DNA of 37,849 nt. Source: Candidatus Micrarchaeota archaeon (GTDB lineage: Archaea; Micrarchaeota; Micrarchaeia; Micrarchaeales; CABMGC01). The position numbers were made by a program, and so were the translations under genes. The stretch is from positions 1 to 37,849 of the forward strand of contig CAZJZM010000003.1 in NCBI GenBank assembly GCA_964550485.1. The letters run 5' to 3'. Position 1 is the stretch's first letter. Every line of letters starts with the position of its first letter. Under the pieces are notes generated by a model. It was not told the origin of the DNA. It made no database searches and saw only the letters and a program-made list of their open reading frames with translations. Shown piece after piece: positions 15,280 through 23,832 of the stretch.

Positions 15280-16011
15280 ATGGGAAGCGTAATCGAGGAC
15301 TCATACGAGACATACTTGTCCAATCTCAACCTTGTTCTGCTCTTTTCTATACCATTCATAATAGCATTTGTGATACCCCTATTTGCCCCACTTCCCACAT
15401 ACATCAGTCTGGGAGGGATCTTTCTCAGGAGCGCGAGCATCTTCACCAACCTAAATTTCCTAGGCCTTGCGGTCATCATAGTGGCGTTCTTCTTCTCACT
15501 CCTCTTCATAAGCTTCGCCTTCGTAGCCATAAGCCTCATAGTCAAGTCCAGAAGGACTAGGCTGAAGATAGGGCAGAGGGCGATACAGGGCATAGAGAAG
15601 TACATAGGAAAGGTCTTTCTGGTATTCCTTTTATATGCCATAATCCTCTCCGTAGCAAACATACTGGGCTATTACCTAGGCATCGAGGCGCTTCTTACAG
15701 GAATAGTAGGGTTCTTCGGATTCATACCATTTTTCTACGCGCCGAGTGCCATAGTGGTTGACGAACAGAAGATCGGAAGGGCATTGAAAAACAGCATCAA
15801 ACTGGTTGCGAAGGAGCCGCAATACTTCATACTCTGGTTCATTCTCATAAGCATAATCCTTTCTGTAATCTCAGTAGTCTTCATAGCCCTTGCCGGAACC
15901 TTCTGGTCAAGGTATATAATCCTGGTCATAAGCTCGCTTTTTGTATTGCCATACTTCGTAATCTTCCAGGCGGAGGCCTATATGAAAAGATTCGCGATTC
16001 TCAGGCATTAG
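15280..16011 (+). CDS. Polytopic membrane protein (about 6 TM), unknown family
   Basis: Hydrophobic throughout, with a central amphipathic segment (VVDEQKIGRALKNSIKLVAKEP). No cysteines. It has its own A/T box near 15232-15248. Confidence 0.6.
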   Translation: MGSVIEDSYETYLSNLNLVLLFSIPFIIAFVIPLFAPLPTYISLGGIFLRSASIFTNLNFLGLAVIIVAFFFSLLFISFAFVAISLIVKSRRTRLKIGQRAIQGIEKYIGKVFLVFLLYAIILSVANILGYYLGIEALLTGIVGFFGFIPFFYAPSAIVVDEQKIGRALKNSIKLVAKEPQYFILWFILISIILSVISVVFIALAGTFWSRYIILVISSLFVLPYFVIFQAEAYMKRFAILRH

Positions 16012-16053
16012 AACAACGAGCCATTCAAGAATATACAGTACTATTTGTGGAAT

Positions 16054-17454
16054 TCACGGCCTTGGCGTGTATACATTCCATCCGTATTCACTGTAATTTA
16101 AGAAATAATATTCGTCCGTGGCATTTATTATATCAGGATAGTTGGAAAGCCTTCCTTCAGAGGAAGAGTAATTAGGAAATACTACCGCTGCAAACTTATG
16201 CGTGGAGATATCAGATATTATCTGCGCATCGTTCCATACTCCCTCATTTTTCATCACCCAGAACATGCTAGGCTCAAAGAGAACGGTTTTATTGGCAAAG
16301 ATGGCAACATCAGGGGTTTCCGCAAGCATGGGACCATCTAAATTTCTAAGGCTCAGCCCTACGAGTGAGGAACCACTAGGCGTTTCTGAAAAGAAGGCAT
16401 GCATTGAGATGGATGCAAGGCCGTAGATAAGAAGAAGGGTCACAAACGTGTTGAAGGCTACTATTGGGATTGGCTTGTGTCTACTCGAAATAAGTTCGGT
16501 AAAGGCCACCGCAGAAGTTATACAAGAGATACAAAAGACCGGAACAAAGTAGATATAATCGGAGCCTATTTTGAAGGCGGACAACGAAAAGACAGAGAGC
16601 ACAACCAGGGTTATCGAAAGCAAAGACTTCGGTCTTTTGTATATATAATAAAGGGAAAGTGGAATCAAGAGCATTATTGGTGTCTCGAAGAAGAAGTTTT
16701 CTACATTGGTCAAAAATATATACAATGATGGGGGCGTTATGAGTGGAAGTACGAAGACAGAGAATACAAAGCGGCCATCCGTAATGAGATTAAGCGGCAA
16801 CACGATAAGAATGAAAATTACGGAGAAAATCGCCGCAAAAAACATACAATCCTCAAATCTCCTGTTTATCAGGAGGTATGCTACTATCGCCGCGAATATC
16901 TCAAGTGCACTCTGTCTAAAGAGAAATGCTAATCCAAGGGCCACTGCCGCATAAAGAAGAGATTTCCTATCCTTAGAATAGATGATGAAAAAGAGCGCCA
17001 CAAGATCGAACAAAAGCTCAAACATTATCGGATTCGGACTGATTCCAAAATAAAGAACCAGAGTAGAGGAGAGGAAGAGCAACGGCGCAAAGATGCCAAA
17101 TAATTTATCTGAGCCTATGGTCCTCTTTGTTATTAAGTACATAAAGGCTCCGATAAGCATCGTAGCAAAGAAGGTAAGTGACCTAGAGTAAAGATAAGGC
17201 AGGCTTGATGGCAACAGGTCCCTGAATAAGTCTATCAAAAGGTAAAACAGGGGCGGGTAGTATGTTATCAGATAAGGATAGGTGCTGAAGCTTTTGTAAA
17301 GATAGCTGATCTTCATTATCGAGACTACGCCTTCGCTGTAATCAATGCTATAGGGCCAGAATATGCTCTTGACCAGAAAGAAAATATTCAGAAGCGCAGC
17401 TATTCCAAAAAGTAGTAGAAGCCCAATCAACAATTTTCTATCACTTTCCTTCAT
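16054..17454 (-). CDS. GT-C-fold membrane glycosyltransferase (ArnT/PMT-like)
   Basis: 466 aa with more than 10 TM helices. An early acidic loop motif (IDYSEG) and a C-terminal soluble domain, as in GT39/GT83-type enzymes. Confidence 0.55.
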   Translation of the reverse strand: MKESDRKLLIGLLLLFGIAALLNIFFLVKSIFWPYSIDYSEGVVSIMKISYLYKSFSTYPYLITYYPPLFYLLIDLFRDLLPSSLPYLYSRSLTFFATMLIGAFMYLITKRTIGSDKLFGIFAPLLFLSSTLVLYFGISPNPIMFELLFDLVALFFIIYSKDRKSLLYAAVALGLAFLFRQSALEIFAAIVAYLLINRRFEDCMFFAAIFSVIFILIVLPLNLITDGRFVFSVFVLPLITPPSLYIFLTNVENFFFETPIMLLIPLSLYYIYKRPKSLLSITLVVLSVFSLSAFKIGSDYIYFVPVFCISCITSAVAFTELISSRHKPIPIVAFNTFVTLLLIYGLASISMHAFFSETPSGSSLVGLSLRNLDGPMLAETPDVAIFANKTVLFEPSMFWVMKNEGVWNDAQIISDISTHKFAAVVFPNYSSSEGRLSNYPDIINATDEYYFLNYSEYGWNVYTPRP

Positions 17455-17528
17455 TGTTACACATTTTAGCGTACTAAGGCTAAAAATGGATACGAAATGT
17501 TATTATACCACCATATCCATATTTTATC

Positions 17529-18587
17529 ATGGATAAAAATATGCTAGGGCTTACATACGAAGCCTTCAAAAGCAACATCACTCATCTTAATAAGCCCTAC
17601 AAATTAAACTTTGCAATAACCATGAAGTGCCAATCAAGGTGTCTGACCTGCAACATATGGCAGCTAAAGCCCGAGAACGAACTTACCCTTGAAGAAATAG
17701 GGAAATTCGCGCAGAAGAACAACTTCTTTAGATGGATAGGAATAACCGGCGGGGAACCATTCCTTAGAAACGATATTGTGGAAATAGTAAGGGCCTTCAA
17801 GGAGAATTCAAAAGGCCTTTTTCTCTTGACGATACCCACCAACTCACTATGCAGGGAGGAGAAAATACTGGAGAGCGTGAGGGAAATGGCCAAGATGAAG
17901 ATACCTAAGATAGTCATAACGGTGAGCCTGGATGGCCACAAAGAGATGCACGATAAAATAAGGGGGGTGCCTGGAAATTACGAAAAAGCAATAAGCGTTT
18001 TTAGGGCGCTGAAAAAAGTCTCCAAAGAGTACAGGAACATCTCCACCGTCTTTGGGTACACGATAAGCGGCATGAATAATGGCAACTTCATGGAGAACTA
18101 CAAGAAACTCAAAGTGGACGTGCCTGATCTAGAGTTCAACGACTTCCACATAAATCTTGCCCAGACCTCAAGCAACTACTACAGAAACGAGGGCAATACA
18201 ATGGACTTCAACAGAGAAGCCGTGCTGAAGGACCTGAATGACGCCTATTCCGGCAGAAGCCTCAGTCTAAATCCGATGGAACTGGTTGAAGCGTCCTTCC
18301 TCAAGAACCTCATCAAGTTTGTCGAGACCTCAAAGGCGCCGATAAAGTGCAGGAGCCTCGATTCCTCCCTCTTCCTTGACAATTGGGGCAATGTCTATCC
18401 GTCCATAATGTGGGACTACAAGATAACCAACATAAGGGAGATAGATTACGATCTATCGAAGGCCTGGAACAACGAGAAGGCGCTTGAGGCGAGGAGAATA
18501 ATAAGGAACGGAAACGACCCGCAGCACTGGACATCATGTGAAGCCTATCAGTCAATTCTGGGCAGTGCCTACAAGATATTTGGATGA
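17529..18587 (+). CDS. Radical SAM enzyme (COG0535-like, with C-terminal auxiliary Cys residues)
   Basis: CxxxCxxC cluster motif CQSRCLTCNIW, GGEPFL glycine-rich SAM motif, later C-terminal Cys residues. Confidence 0.75.
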   Translation: MDKNMLGLTYEAFKSNITHLNKPYKLNFAITMKCQSRCLTCNIWQLKPENELTLEEIGKFAQKNNFFRWIGITGGEPFLRNDIVEIVRAFKENSKGLFLLTIPTNSLCREEKILESVREMAKMKIPKIVITVSLDGHKEMHDKIRGVPGNYEKAISVFRALKKVSKEYRNISTVFGYTISGMNNGNFMENYKKLKVDVPDLEFNDFHINLAQTSSNYYRNEGNTMDFNREAVLKDLNDAYSGRSLSLNPMELVEASFLKNLIKFVETSKAPIKCRSLDSSLFLDNWGNVYPSIMWDYKITNIREIDYDLSKAWNNEKALEARRIIRNGNDPQHWTSCEAYQSILGSAYKIFG

Positions 18588-18634
18588 GACGATAGGTCCG
18601 CAAACAATAGGCATATTAATGGCATGAGCATGGT

Positions 18635-18643
18635 ATTTTATAT
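18635..18643 (+). promoter_or_regulatory. TATA box ATTTTATAT for tRNA-Met
   Basis: About 28 nt upstream of tRNA position 1. Confidence 0.5.
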
Positions 18644-18666
18644 CTCACGAACTTATAGTCTAAGAG

Positions 18667-18788
18667 GGCGGAGTAGCTCAGCCCGGTTAGAGCGCTAGGC
18701 TCATACGCTAAGCTTTATGAGCGACGAGCATTTATGCGATGACTGCTAAGAAATCTAGAGATCGCGAGTTCAAATCTCGCCTCCGCCA
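18667..18788 (+). tRNA. tRNA with anticodon CAU (elongator Met, or Ile2 if modified), carrying a 47-nt intron at the canonical 37/38 site (18706-18752)
   Basis: Folded by hand. Acceptor GGCGGAG/CTCCGCC. D arm GCTC-AGCCCGGTTA-GAGC. Anticodon stem CTAGG...TCTAG is interrupted after CTCATA. T arm GCGAG-TTCAAAT-CTCGC. G1-C72 argues against an initiator. The mature length is 75 nt. Confidence 0.85.
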
Positions 18789-18794
18789 AACAGC

Positions 18795-18800
18795 TTTTTT
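18795..18800 (+). terminator. Oligo-T (T6) tract after the tRNA
   Basis: TTTTTT lies 7 nt after the discriminator base. Oligo-T is the usual archaeal termination signal. Confidence 0.5.
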
Positions 18801-18804
18801 GTCG

Positions 18805-19476
18805 CTAGACAGTGCCCGAGACAATCTGCGCAAGCTCGGTCTGATTTATGGTGAAGTTGTTCGCTTCTATTTGTACAGATAGGACATAGCCGTCCTTCCA
18901 TCCTATCAAGGCTTGGTAGCTCTGCGTGCTGTTCTGCTGGCTTTCATAGGTGTAGTTCAGTCCACTCGCAACTCCATGGGTGATGTCCGGAAGTGTTGGA
19001 AACGTGGATTCGATCGCAGAAGCCATAAGCGTAGACATGTTTGACGCATTATTGGTCTGGATGGCCGCATAGATGATGCTGGCGTTGTTTGTGCCTGAAC
19101 CGAAGGCGAAGGTCGTCCAGCCATTGGTCACATTTCCGGCAAATGCCGGAACCATCGACTCCAGGAAGGTCAGGTTGTAAGGGGACGAGTAGTTGTATAT
19201 GCTCGCCGTGCTGTAGTTAGCGGTGTAGTTGACTATTGTGGTTCCCAGAAGCTCCTGTGCGTTCGAGACGCTGAGGTAAACCGGCGAGGCGTTTGACTGT
19301 GGCAGGTTTGTAGCAGGAAGATTGCTTCCGCCTGATCCGGCCAAAAACAAAACACCGATTATTACTACAACAACAATCAGCGCAGCTAGGTAAATCATCA
19401 TGTGGCTGTTCTTTTTGCCAGATGCCTGGGACTGCTGTGTGGAACTCTGGTCGGACTGTGCTGCGGAAGTTGCCAT
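18805..19476 (-). CDS. Membrane-anchored, sequon-dense extracellular protein (likely glycoprotein)
   Basis: Q/S-rich cytoplasmic N-tail and a TM helix (MMIYLAALIVVVVIIGVLFLAG). I counted 13 N-x-S/T sequons in the roughly 170-aa ectodomain. Confidence 0.6.
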   Translation of the reverse strand: MATSAAQSDQSSTQQSQASGKKNSHMMIYLAALIVVVVIIGVLFLAGSGGSNLPATNLPQSNASPVYLSVSNAQELLGTTIVNYTANYSTASIYNYSSPYNLTFLESMVPAFAGNVTNGWTTFAFGSGTNNASIIYAAIQTNNASNMSTLMASAIESTFPTLPDITHGVASGLNYTYESQQNSTQSYQALIGWKDGYVLSVQIEANNFTINQTELAQIVSGTV

Positions 19477-19518
19477 GGAAACAATACTAATTGCACTATA
19501 TTGCTTAAAAACGCATCG

Positions 19519-21474
19519 TTATGTTTCGGTTTTAATCAGATCTACACTGACCGGACTTGAGTAATAAATGTAGTTCTTGTTGTAGATCATCAGCTGCGAG
19601 ACCGTAACCGAGTCGTTTATGTCTGTTTCTAGTTTTATGCTGACAGGATAGGTGGAATTGGATGGATTTAGGTAAATCCGGTTGGTATTCACCTCGCAGG
19701 GGTAGACCTCTCCTTTGCAATCGACCGCATTGCCTATAAAACTATAATTATAGGCTCCTAGGAAGCCTGAACCCTCCTTGCTTGTTTCAAACAGCAATAA
19801 AGACAGGGTGCCGTTTGCCAGATTGTGGTAATTGATAACGGCGGTGTAGCTCTCCACGCCGGTGCTGTTGTTTAGCGATAGTTTCTCATTGGTTACCGAG
19901 AGGCTGAAAGCCTTCGAGTACTGATAATGGGAATATAAGACAAAGCCAGCGGAAGAGACCAAGATCAACAGTGTTAGGGCGTACAATACTAACTTATTGT
20001 CCTGCAGCCAATTGCCAATCAGCCCTCTGCCCGTAGGTTTTTTCTCCTTCAGGAAATAAGTCACGAATAATAGTGCAACAAAGAAGCCAGTGTATACCAG
20101 TATCGGTCTGGTGATAAACACGAGCGGTAGCATGCTTAGCGGTGCTATCAGTTTTTTGTTATTTGTATAGAGAAGGGCCAGGCAGCCGAGAAGCATGGTC
20201 GCGATCATTAAGACCGCAGCCGCTCTGAACGTCCCTCCGTAGACTACAGTTACAAGATACCCGAGGGGTCCTCCCGAATCTGGGAGTATGTTGCCCAGAG
20301 GGCTTGCCAGCGCATGGATGAACACAGAAGGCCCGATTATGATGAAATACGAATTCAAAAGAAGGAAGACCAAAAGCGCTCCTAGGGCGTCGCCCAAGCC
20401 CTTTTTCCAGCCATAATTATTGATCGAATAGAAGACAAGGAGCAGTACCGGAAACCAGATCAATTCCTGCAGCGAGGCGCATAATCCGAGCAGCAGCCAA
20501 GAGTATTTGCTTTCCAGCTTTACATACGCCAGGATGAGCAGCGCAAGCATCAGGAGATCCACCCCTGATGAGAGCTCGTTCAGTATGAGGACTGAGAAAA
20601 ACGCGATGGTAAATATCGGTCTTCTGTAATAATCCTTGCATGCATACCTCGCAATCACAACAAAGAGGAAGCTAAGGAAGACACCTATCTGCAGTTTTGT
20701 AGCAAGTGAAAACGCATGCGAAGCCCTACTTGAGAGAAGATAGAACGGCACCGAGACAAAGAGGGAGAGCGCAGGATAGACGAACTTTCCAACAACCTGG
20801 TTTGTCATCATAAATGTGGGTGTGCCCACATTTCCTGAAGTGAAATTTGATACTATAAGATTTGCTATATCCAGGCTGTAGGGATTGACTCCGTGGAGCA
20901 GCGGCCTCACGTCAAAGAAATTAATGAATACCTCGTCCGATACGGTTATCTGCGTCTTAAGGATGGTATAATATGGGATAAGAAAGACCAGTATGGCCAG
21001 TATCATGAAGACATATCCAAATACCCTATACTTGCCTTTCCTTGCAAATATCCCTATGGAGAATGTGAGAAAGAACAATATCAAAAAGATGGCGTAGAGA
21101 AAGACGGGAGAGAGAAAAGTCAGCATGGAAATGATCAAGGTCAATACCGCAATAACAAAGGGCTTGTTAAAAAGGCCATAAAGCGGAAAGACCGCAAGAA
21201 AACTGGCAAGAGCAATCACGAACGAAACTTTCAGGACTATCCTTGATCTCCTGCCTAAGTTATTGTCTGATCCGATGAAGACGATGCAATAGGAAAAGAA
21301 AGATATCAGCTCCACAATGCCGCAGAATTCAATGGCGGGGTAAAGGCTGGACCAGTAATTTATTATACTCTGGAAAAGAATCAAGATCAAAGACATTACT
21401 ACTAATCCGCTATGGTAAGGTTTACCCACCACAAGTTTTTTGAGGCGTGAATACGGGTTCTTTCCAGTCTCCAT
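19519..21474 (-). CDS. Large polytopic membrane protein (651 aa) with a C-terminal extracellular domain; possibly a GT-C-like glycosyltransferase
   Basis: More than 12 hydrophobic helices, then a roughly 140-aa sequon-containing soluble tail. It lies 42 nt upstream of, and on the same strand as, 18805-19476. Confidence 0.55.
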   Translation of the reverse strand: METGKNPYSRLKKLVVGKPYHSGLVVMSLILILFQSIINYWSSLYPAIEFCGIVELISFFSYCIVFIGSDNNLGRRSRIVLKVSFVIALASFLAVFPLYGLFNKPFVIAVLTLIISMLTFLSPVFLYAIFLILFFLTFSIGIFARKGKYRVFGYVFMILAILVFLIPYYTILKTQITVSDEVFINFFDVRPLLHGVNPYSLDIANLIVSNFTSGNVGTPTFMMTNQVVGKFVYPALSLFVSVPFYLLSSRASHAFSLATKLQIGVFLSFLFVVIARYACKDYYRRPIFTIAFFSVLILNELSSGVDLLMLALLILAYVKLESKYSWLLLGLCASLQELIWFPVLLLVFYSINNYGWKKGLGDALGALLVFLLLNSYFIIIGPSVFIHALASPLGNILPDSGGPLGYLVTVVYGGTFRAAAVLMIATMLLGCLALLYTNNKKLIAPLSMLPLVFITRPILVYTGFFVALLFVTYFLKEKKPTGRGLIGNWLQDNKLVLYALTLLILVSSAGFVLYSHYQYSKAFSLSVTNEKLSLNNSTGVESYTAVINYHNLANGTLSLLLFETSKEGSGFLGAYNYSFIGNAVDCKGEVYPCEVNTNRIYLNPSNSTYPVSIKLETDINDSVTVSQLMIYNKNYIYYSSPVSVDLIKTET

Positions 21475-21612
21475 CTAATTTCCTATTTGAATATTGAAAG
21501 CAAGGTATAAATCATCTGCCTTAAACCCGTTTGCCTTATCCATTCCCCATCATGGGATGCAGAACAGGGTTAAATTATTAGAGTTCGCCTTATATTATAA
21601 ATTGGTGTCAAT

Positions 21613-22185
21613 ATGCCAAAAGTATTCATCATCCACGGTGCCTACGGAAATCCAAATGAAAACTGGATACCCTGGCTCAAGGAAGAGCTTGAGAAGATAG
21701 GATGCGAGGTCTTTGTGCCACGTTTTCCCACTCCTGAAAACCAGAGCCTGGAGACTTGGCTCAAGGTCTTCGGACCATTTCAAAAGCAGGTGGACGAGAA
21801 TTCCATTCTCATAGGGCACAGCATCGGTGCAAACTTCGTACTGCACATTCTGGAGAAGAGCGACAGGAAGATAAGGGCGGCATTTATTGTGGCTGGAGCT
21901 ATCTCTCCGGTAGTGGATCCAAAGAACCAGGTGAATGAAATAAACAAGACCTTCTACAAAAAGAAGTTCAACTGGAAGCGAATCAGGGAAAACTGCAAGG
22001 ACATCTACACAATAATCTCAGATAACGATCCATATATCACCATGGCACTTGCGGAGGAAATCTCAAAACCCTTGGGAGTGACGCTCACGCTTATCGAAGG
22101 AGGAGGGCATTTCAACAGGAAGGCTGGCTATGAAAAATTCCCGCAGCTTCTCGAGATGGTGGAAGACGTCCTCACGGCCGACTGA
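21613..22185 (+). CDS. Alpha/beta serine hydrolase (YdeN/RBBP9-like)
   Basis: VFIIHGAYGNPNENWIPWL and nucleophile elbow GHSIG. About 190 aa. Confidence 0.7.
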   Translation: MPKVFIIHGAYGNPNENWIPWLKEELEKIGCEVFVPRFPTPENQSLETWLKVFGPFQKQVDENSILIGHSIGANFVLHILEKSDRKIRAAFIVAGAISPVVDPKNQVNEINKTFYKKKFNWKRIRENCKDIYTIISDNDPYITMALAEEISKPLGVTLTLIEGGGHFNRKAGYEKFPQLLEMVEDVLTAD

Positions 22186-22202
22186 AAGCAAGAGATCCCA
22201 GC

Positions 22203-23033
22203 TTACTTGGGATAGACGAATCTCACGAACAGGTATGAGGCGAACACTATGCTCGTTATGAAGAAACTCACTGGGTAAGGCTCGTAGAACGAGATGAAGA
22301 GGCCTATCCATGTTGCAAGCAGGGCGACCAGTACGGAAATCGCTATGGCGTACACAGGTTTCTTTGTAAGCCTGATGGCTATCGCGGCTGGGGTTACCAT
22401 CAACGCAAAGATAAGCAGCACTCCGACCACCTGGATGGCTATCGAAACAGCCGCGGCGAGCAGGACCATGAAGATGACTCCTAGCAGAAGGGTCGGCATC
22501 CCCTTGGCCTCGGCCACCTCCTCGTCGAGCGAATCGAAGAGGATAGGACGATATACGACCGCAGCCGCGGCAAGGATTATCAAGCTTACCGCAAGCGTCA
22601 GGAGTACGCTTCCGCTGCTAATGCCCAATATTTCTCCGAATAGAATGGAATAGGCCTCGGTGGCGTAGCCAGTGTAGAGGCTGATGAACAGCAGGCCAAG
22701 GCCCAGCGCGAAGGCCAGAACCGAGCCTATCTCAACATCGCGCTGGGAAGCGCTTCTGCCAAGCACCGCGATTGCAGACCCACCTATGATCGAGGCTGAG
22801 AGAAGGCCTATAAGCGGATTGATTCCAAGCAGGACGGATCCGGCGGCGCCGGCAAACCCTATCTCGGCGTAGGCATGGGCTGCGAACGAGGTACGGCGCA
22901 GGACCACAAGATAGCCTATTATGCCTGCGACTATGGCGATAACGGTTCCAGCCTCGAACGCATGCTGCATGAACGAATACCGAAAGACGGACTCCAGTGC
23001 TGAAAACAGATTAATATTTATCATGGTCTTCAT
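22203..23033 (-). CDS. Metal (Zn/Mn/Fe-type) ABC transporter permease, ABC-3 family
   Basis: Multi-TM ZnuB/TroC-like sequence (FMQHAFEAG..., SILFGEILG, LVALLATWIG). Start trimmed to ATG 23033. It overlaps the ATPase gene's 3' end. Confidence 0.75.
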   Translation of the reverse strand: MKTMININLFSALESVFRYSFMQHAFEAGTVIAIVAGIIGYLVVLRRTSFAAHAYAEIGFAGAAGSVLLGINPLIGLLSASIIGGSAIAVLGRSASQRDVEIGSVLAFALGLGLLFISLYTGYATEAYSILFGEILGISSGSVLLTLAVSLIILAAAAVVYRPILFDSLDEEVAEAKGMPTLLLGVIFMVLLAAAVSIAIQVVGVLLIFALMVTPAAIAIRLTKKPVYAIAISVLVALLATWIGLFISFYEPYPVSFFITSIVFASYLFVRFVYPK

Positions 23034-23823
23034 CCCTGCGCGGTTCCTCCTGGATTCCATAGAGCGTATGTATCAGAATGTGCCCCATCGAGTCCTTGAG
23101 GACCTCCACGTGCGTTCCGTAAAGCCTCGTAAGGCTTTCAGAAGTCAAAACCTCCTCTGGCTTGCCGATCGCAACCCTGCCGTTGGCTATGTATATCACC
23201 TTGTCCAGAGACTGGATGAGCGGGTTGATGTCGTGGGCCACCAAAAAGGTTGTAACCTTCCGAGAACTCACTATGCCGTTGATCAGCTCCACCAGTTCCT
23301 TGGCCCTCCTGATGTCGAGGTTTGAGAGAGGCTCGTCCAGCAAAAGCATCTCAGGGTTGCTCACCAGCGCCTCAGCAAGGAATATCCTCTGCAGTTCGCC
23401 TCCAGACAGCGAAGCAAGCGACTTATTCGCCAGCTCTGTTGCACCTACTGCGGCAAGAGCTTCGTCTGCGGCTTTTTTCTCTTTGCGCGAAGAGAGGCTG
23501 AAACCCCACCTGTTGCCTGAAAAGGCGAGTCGCACCAACTCCACGCATTCAATGTTCGTATCGTTGTCGATCGTATGGCGCTGAGGCACGTACCCAATCT
23601 TCGGATTTCCTCTCCTCGGGTCGGCGTCGAATATCTTTATGGTGCCTTTGTCGGGCTTCTGGAGACCGAGTAGCATGCGGAAGAGGGTCGTCTTTCCCGC
23701 GCCGTTAGGGCCGATGACCGCCACAAACTCGCCGCGCCTGACACTGAAGTTCGCATTCTTCCAGACTGATTTGTTTTTGTAGCTAACCGCCAGATCCTTT
23801 GCTACGACTATCTCGGATTGCAT
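23011..23823 (-). CDS. Metal ABC transporter ATP-binding protein
   Basis: Walker A GPNGAGKTT, signature LSGGELQR, Walker B LLLDEP. Confidence 0.85.
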   Translation of the reverse strand: MQSEIVVAKDLAVSYKNKSVWKNANFSVRRGEFVAVIGPNGAGKTTLFRMLLGLQKPDKGTIKIFDADPRRGNPKIGYVPQRHTIDNDTNIECVELVRLAFSGNRWGFSLSSRKEKKAADEALAAVGATELANKSLASLSGGELQRIFLAEALVSNPEMLLLDEPLSNLDIRRAKELVELINGIVSSRKVTTFLVAHDINPLIQSLDKVIYIANGRVAIGKPEEVLTSESLTRLYGTHVEVLKDSMGHILIHTLYGIQEEPRRDEDHDKY

Positions 23824-23832
23824 CTATCTTCC

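Noticed and set aside
15280-16011. Candidate archaeosortase/exosortase for the PEP-CTERM-like protein.
   Set aside because: The protein contains no cysteine at all, whereas exosortase and archaeosortase enzymes depend on a conserved catalytic Cys.
18706-18752. Box C/D sRNA embedded in the tRNA intron, as known for some archaeal tRNA introns.
   Set aside because: Only weak partial matches (ATGAGCGA, GATGAC) are present. There is no proper C (RUGAUGA) / D (CUGA) pairing with 12-nt guide spacing.
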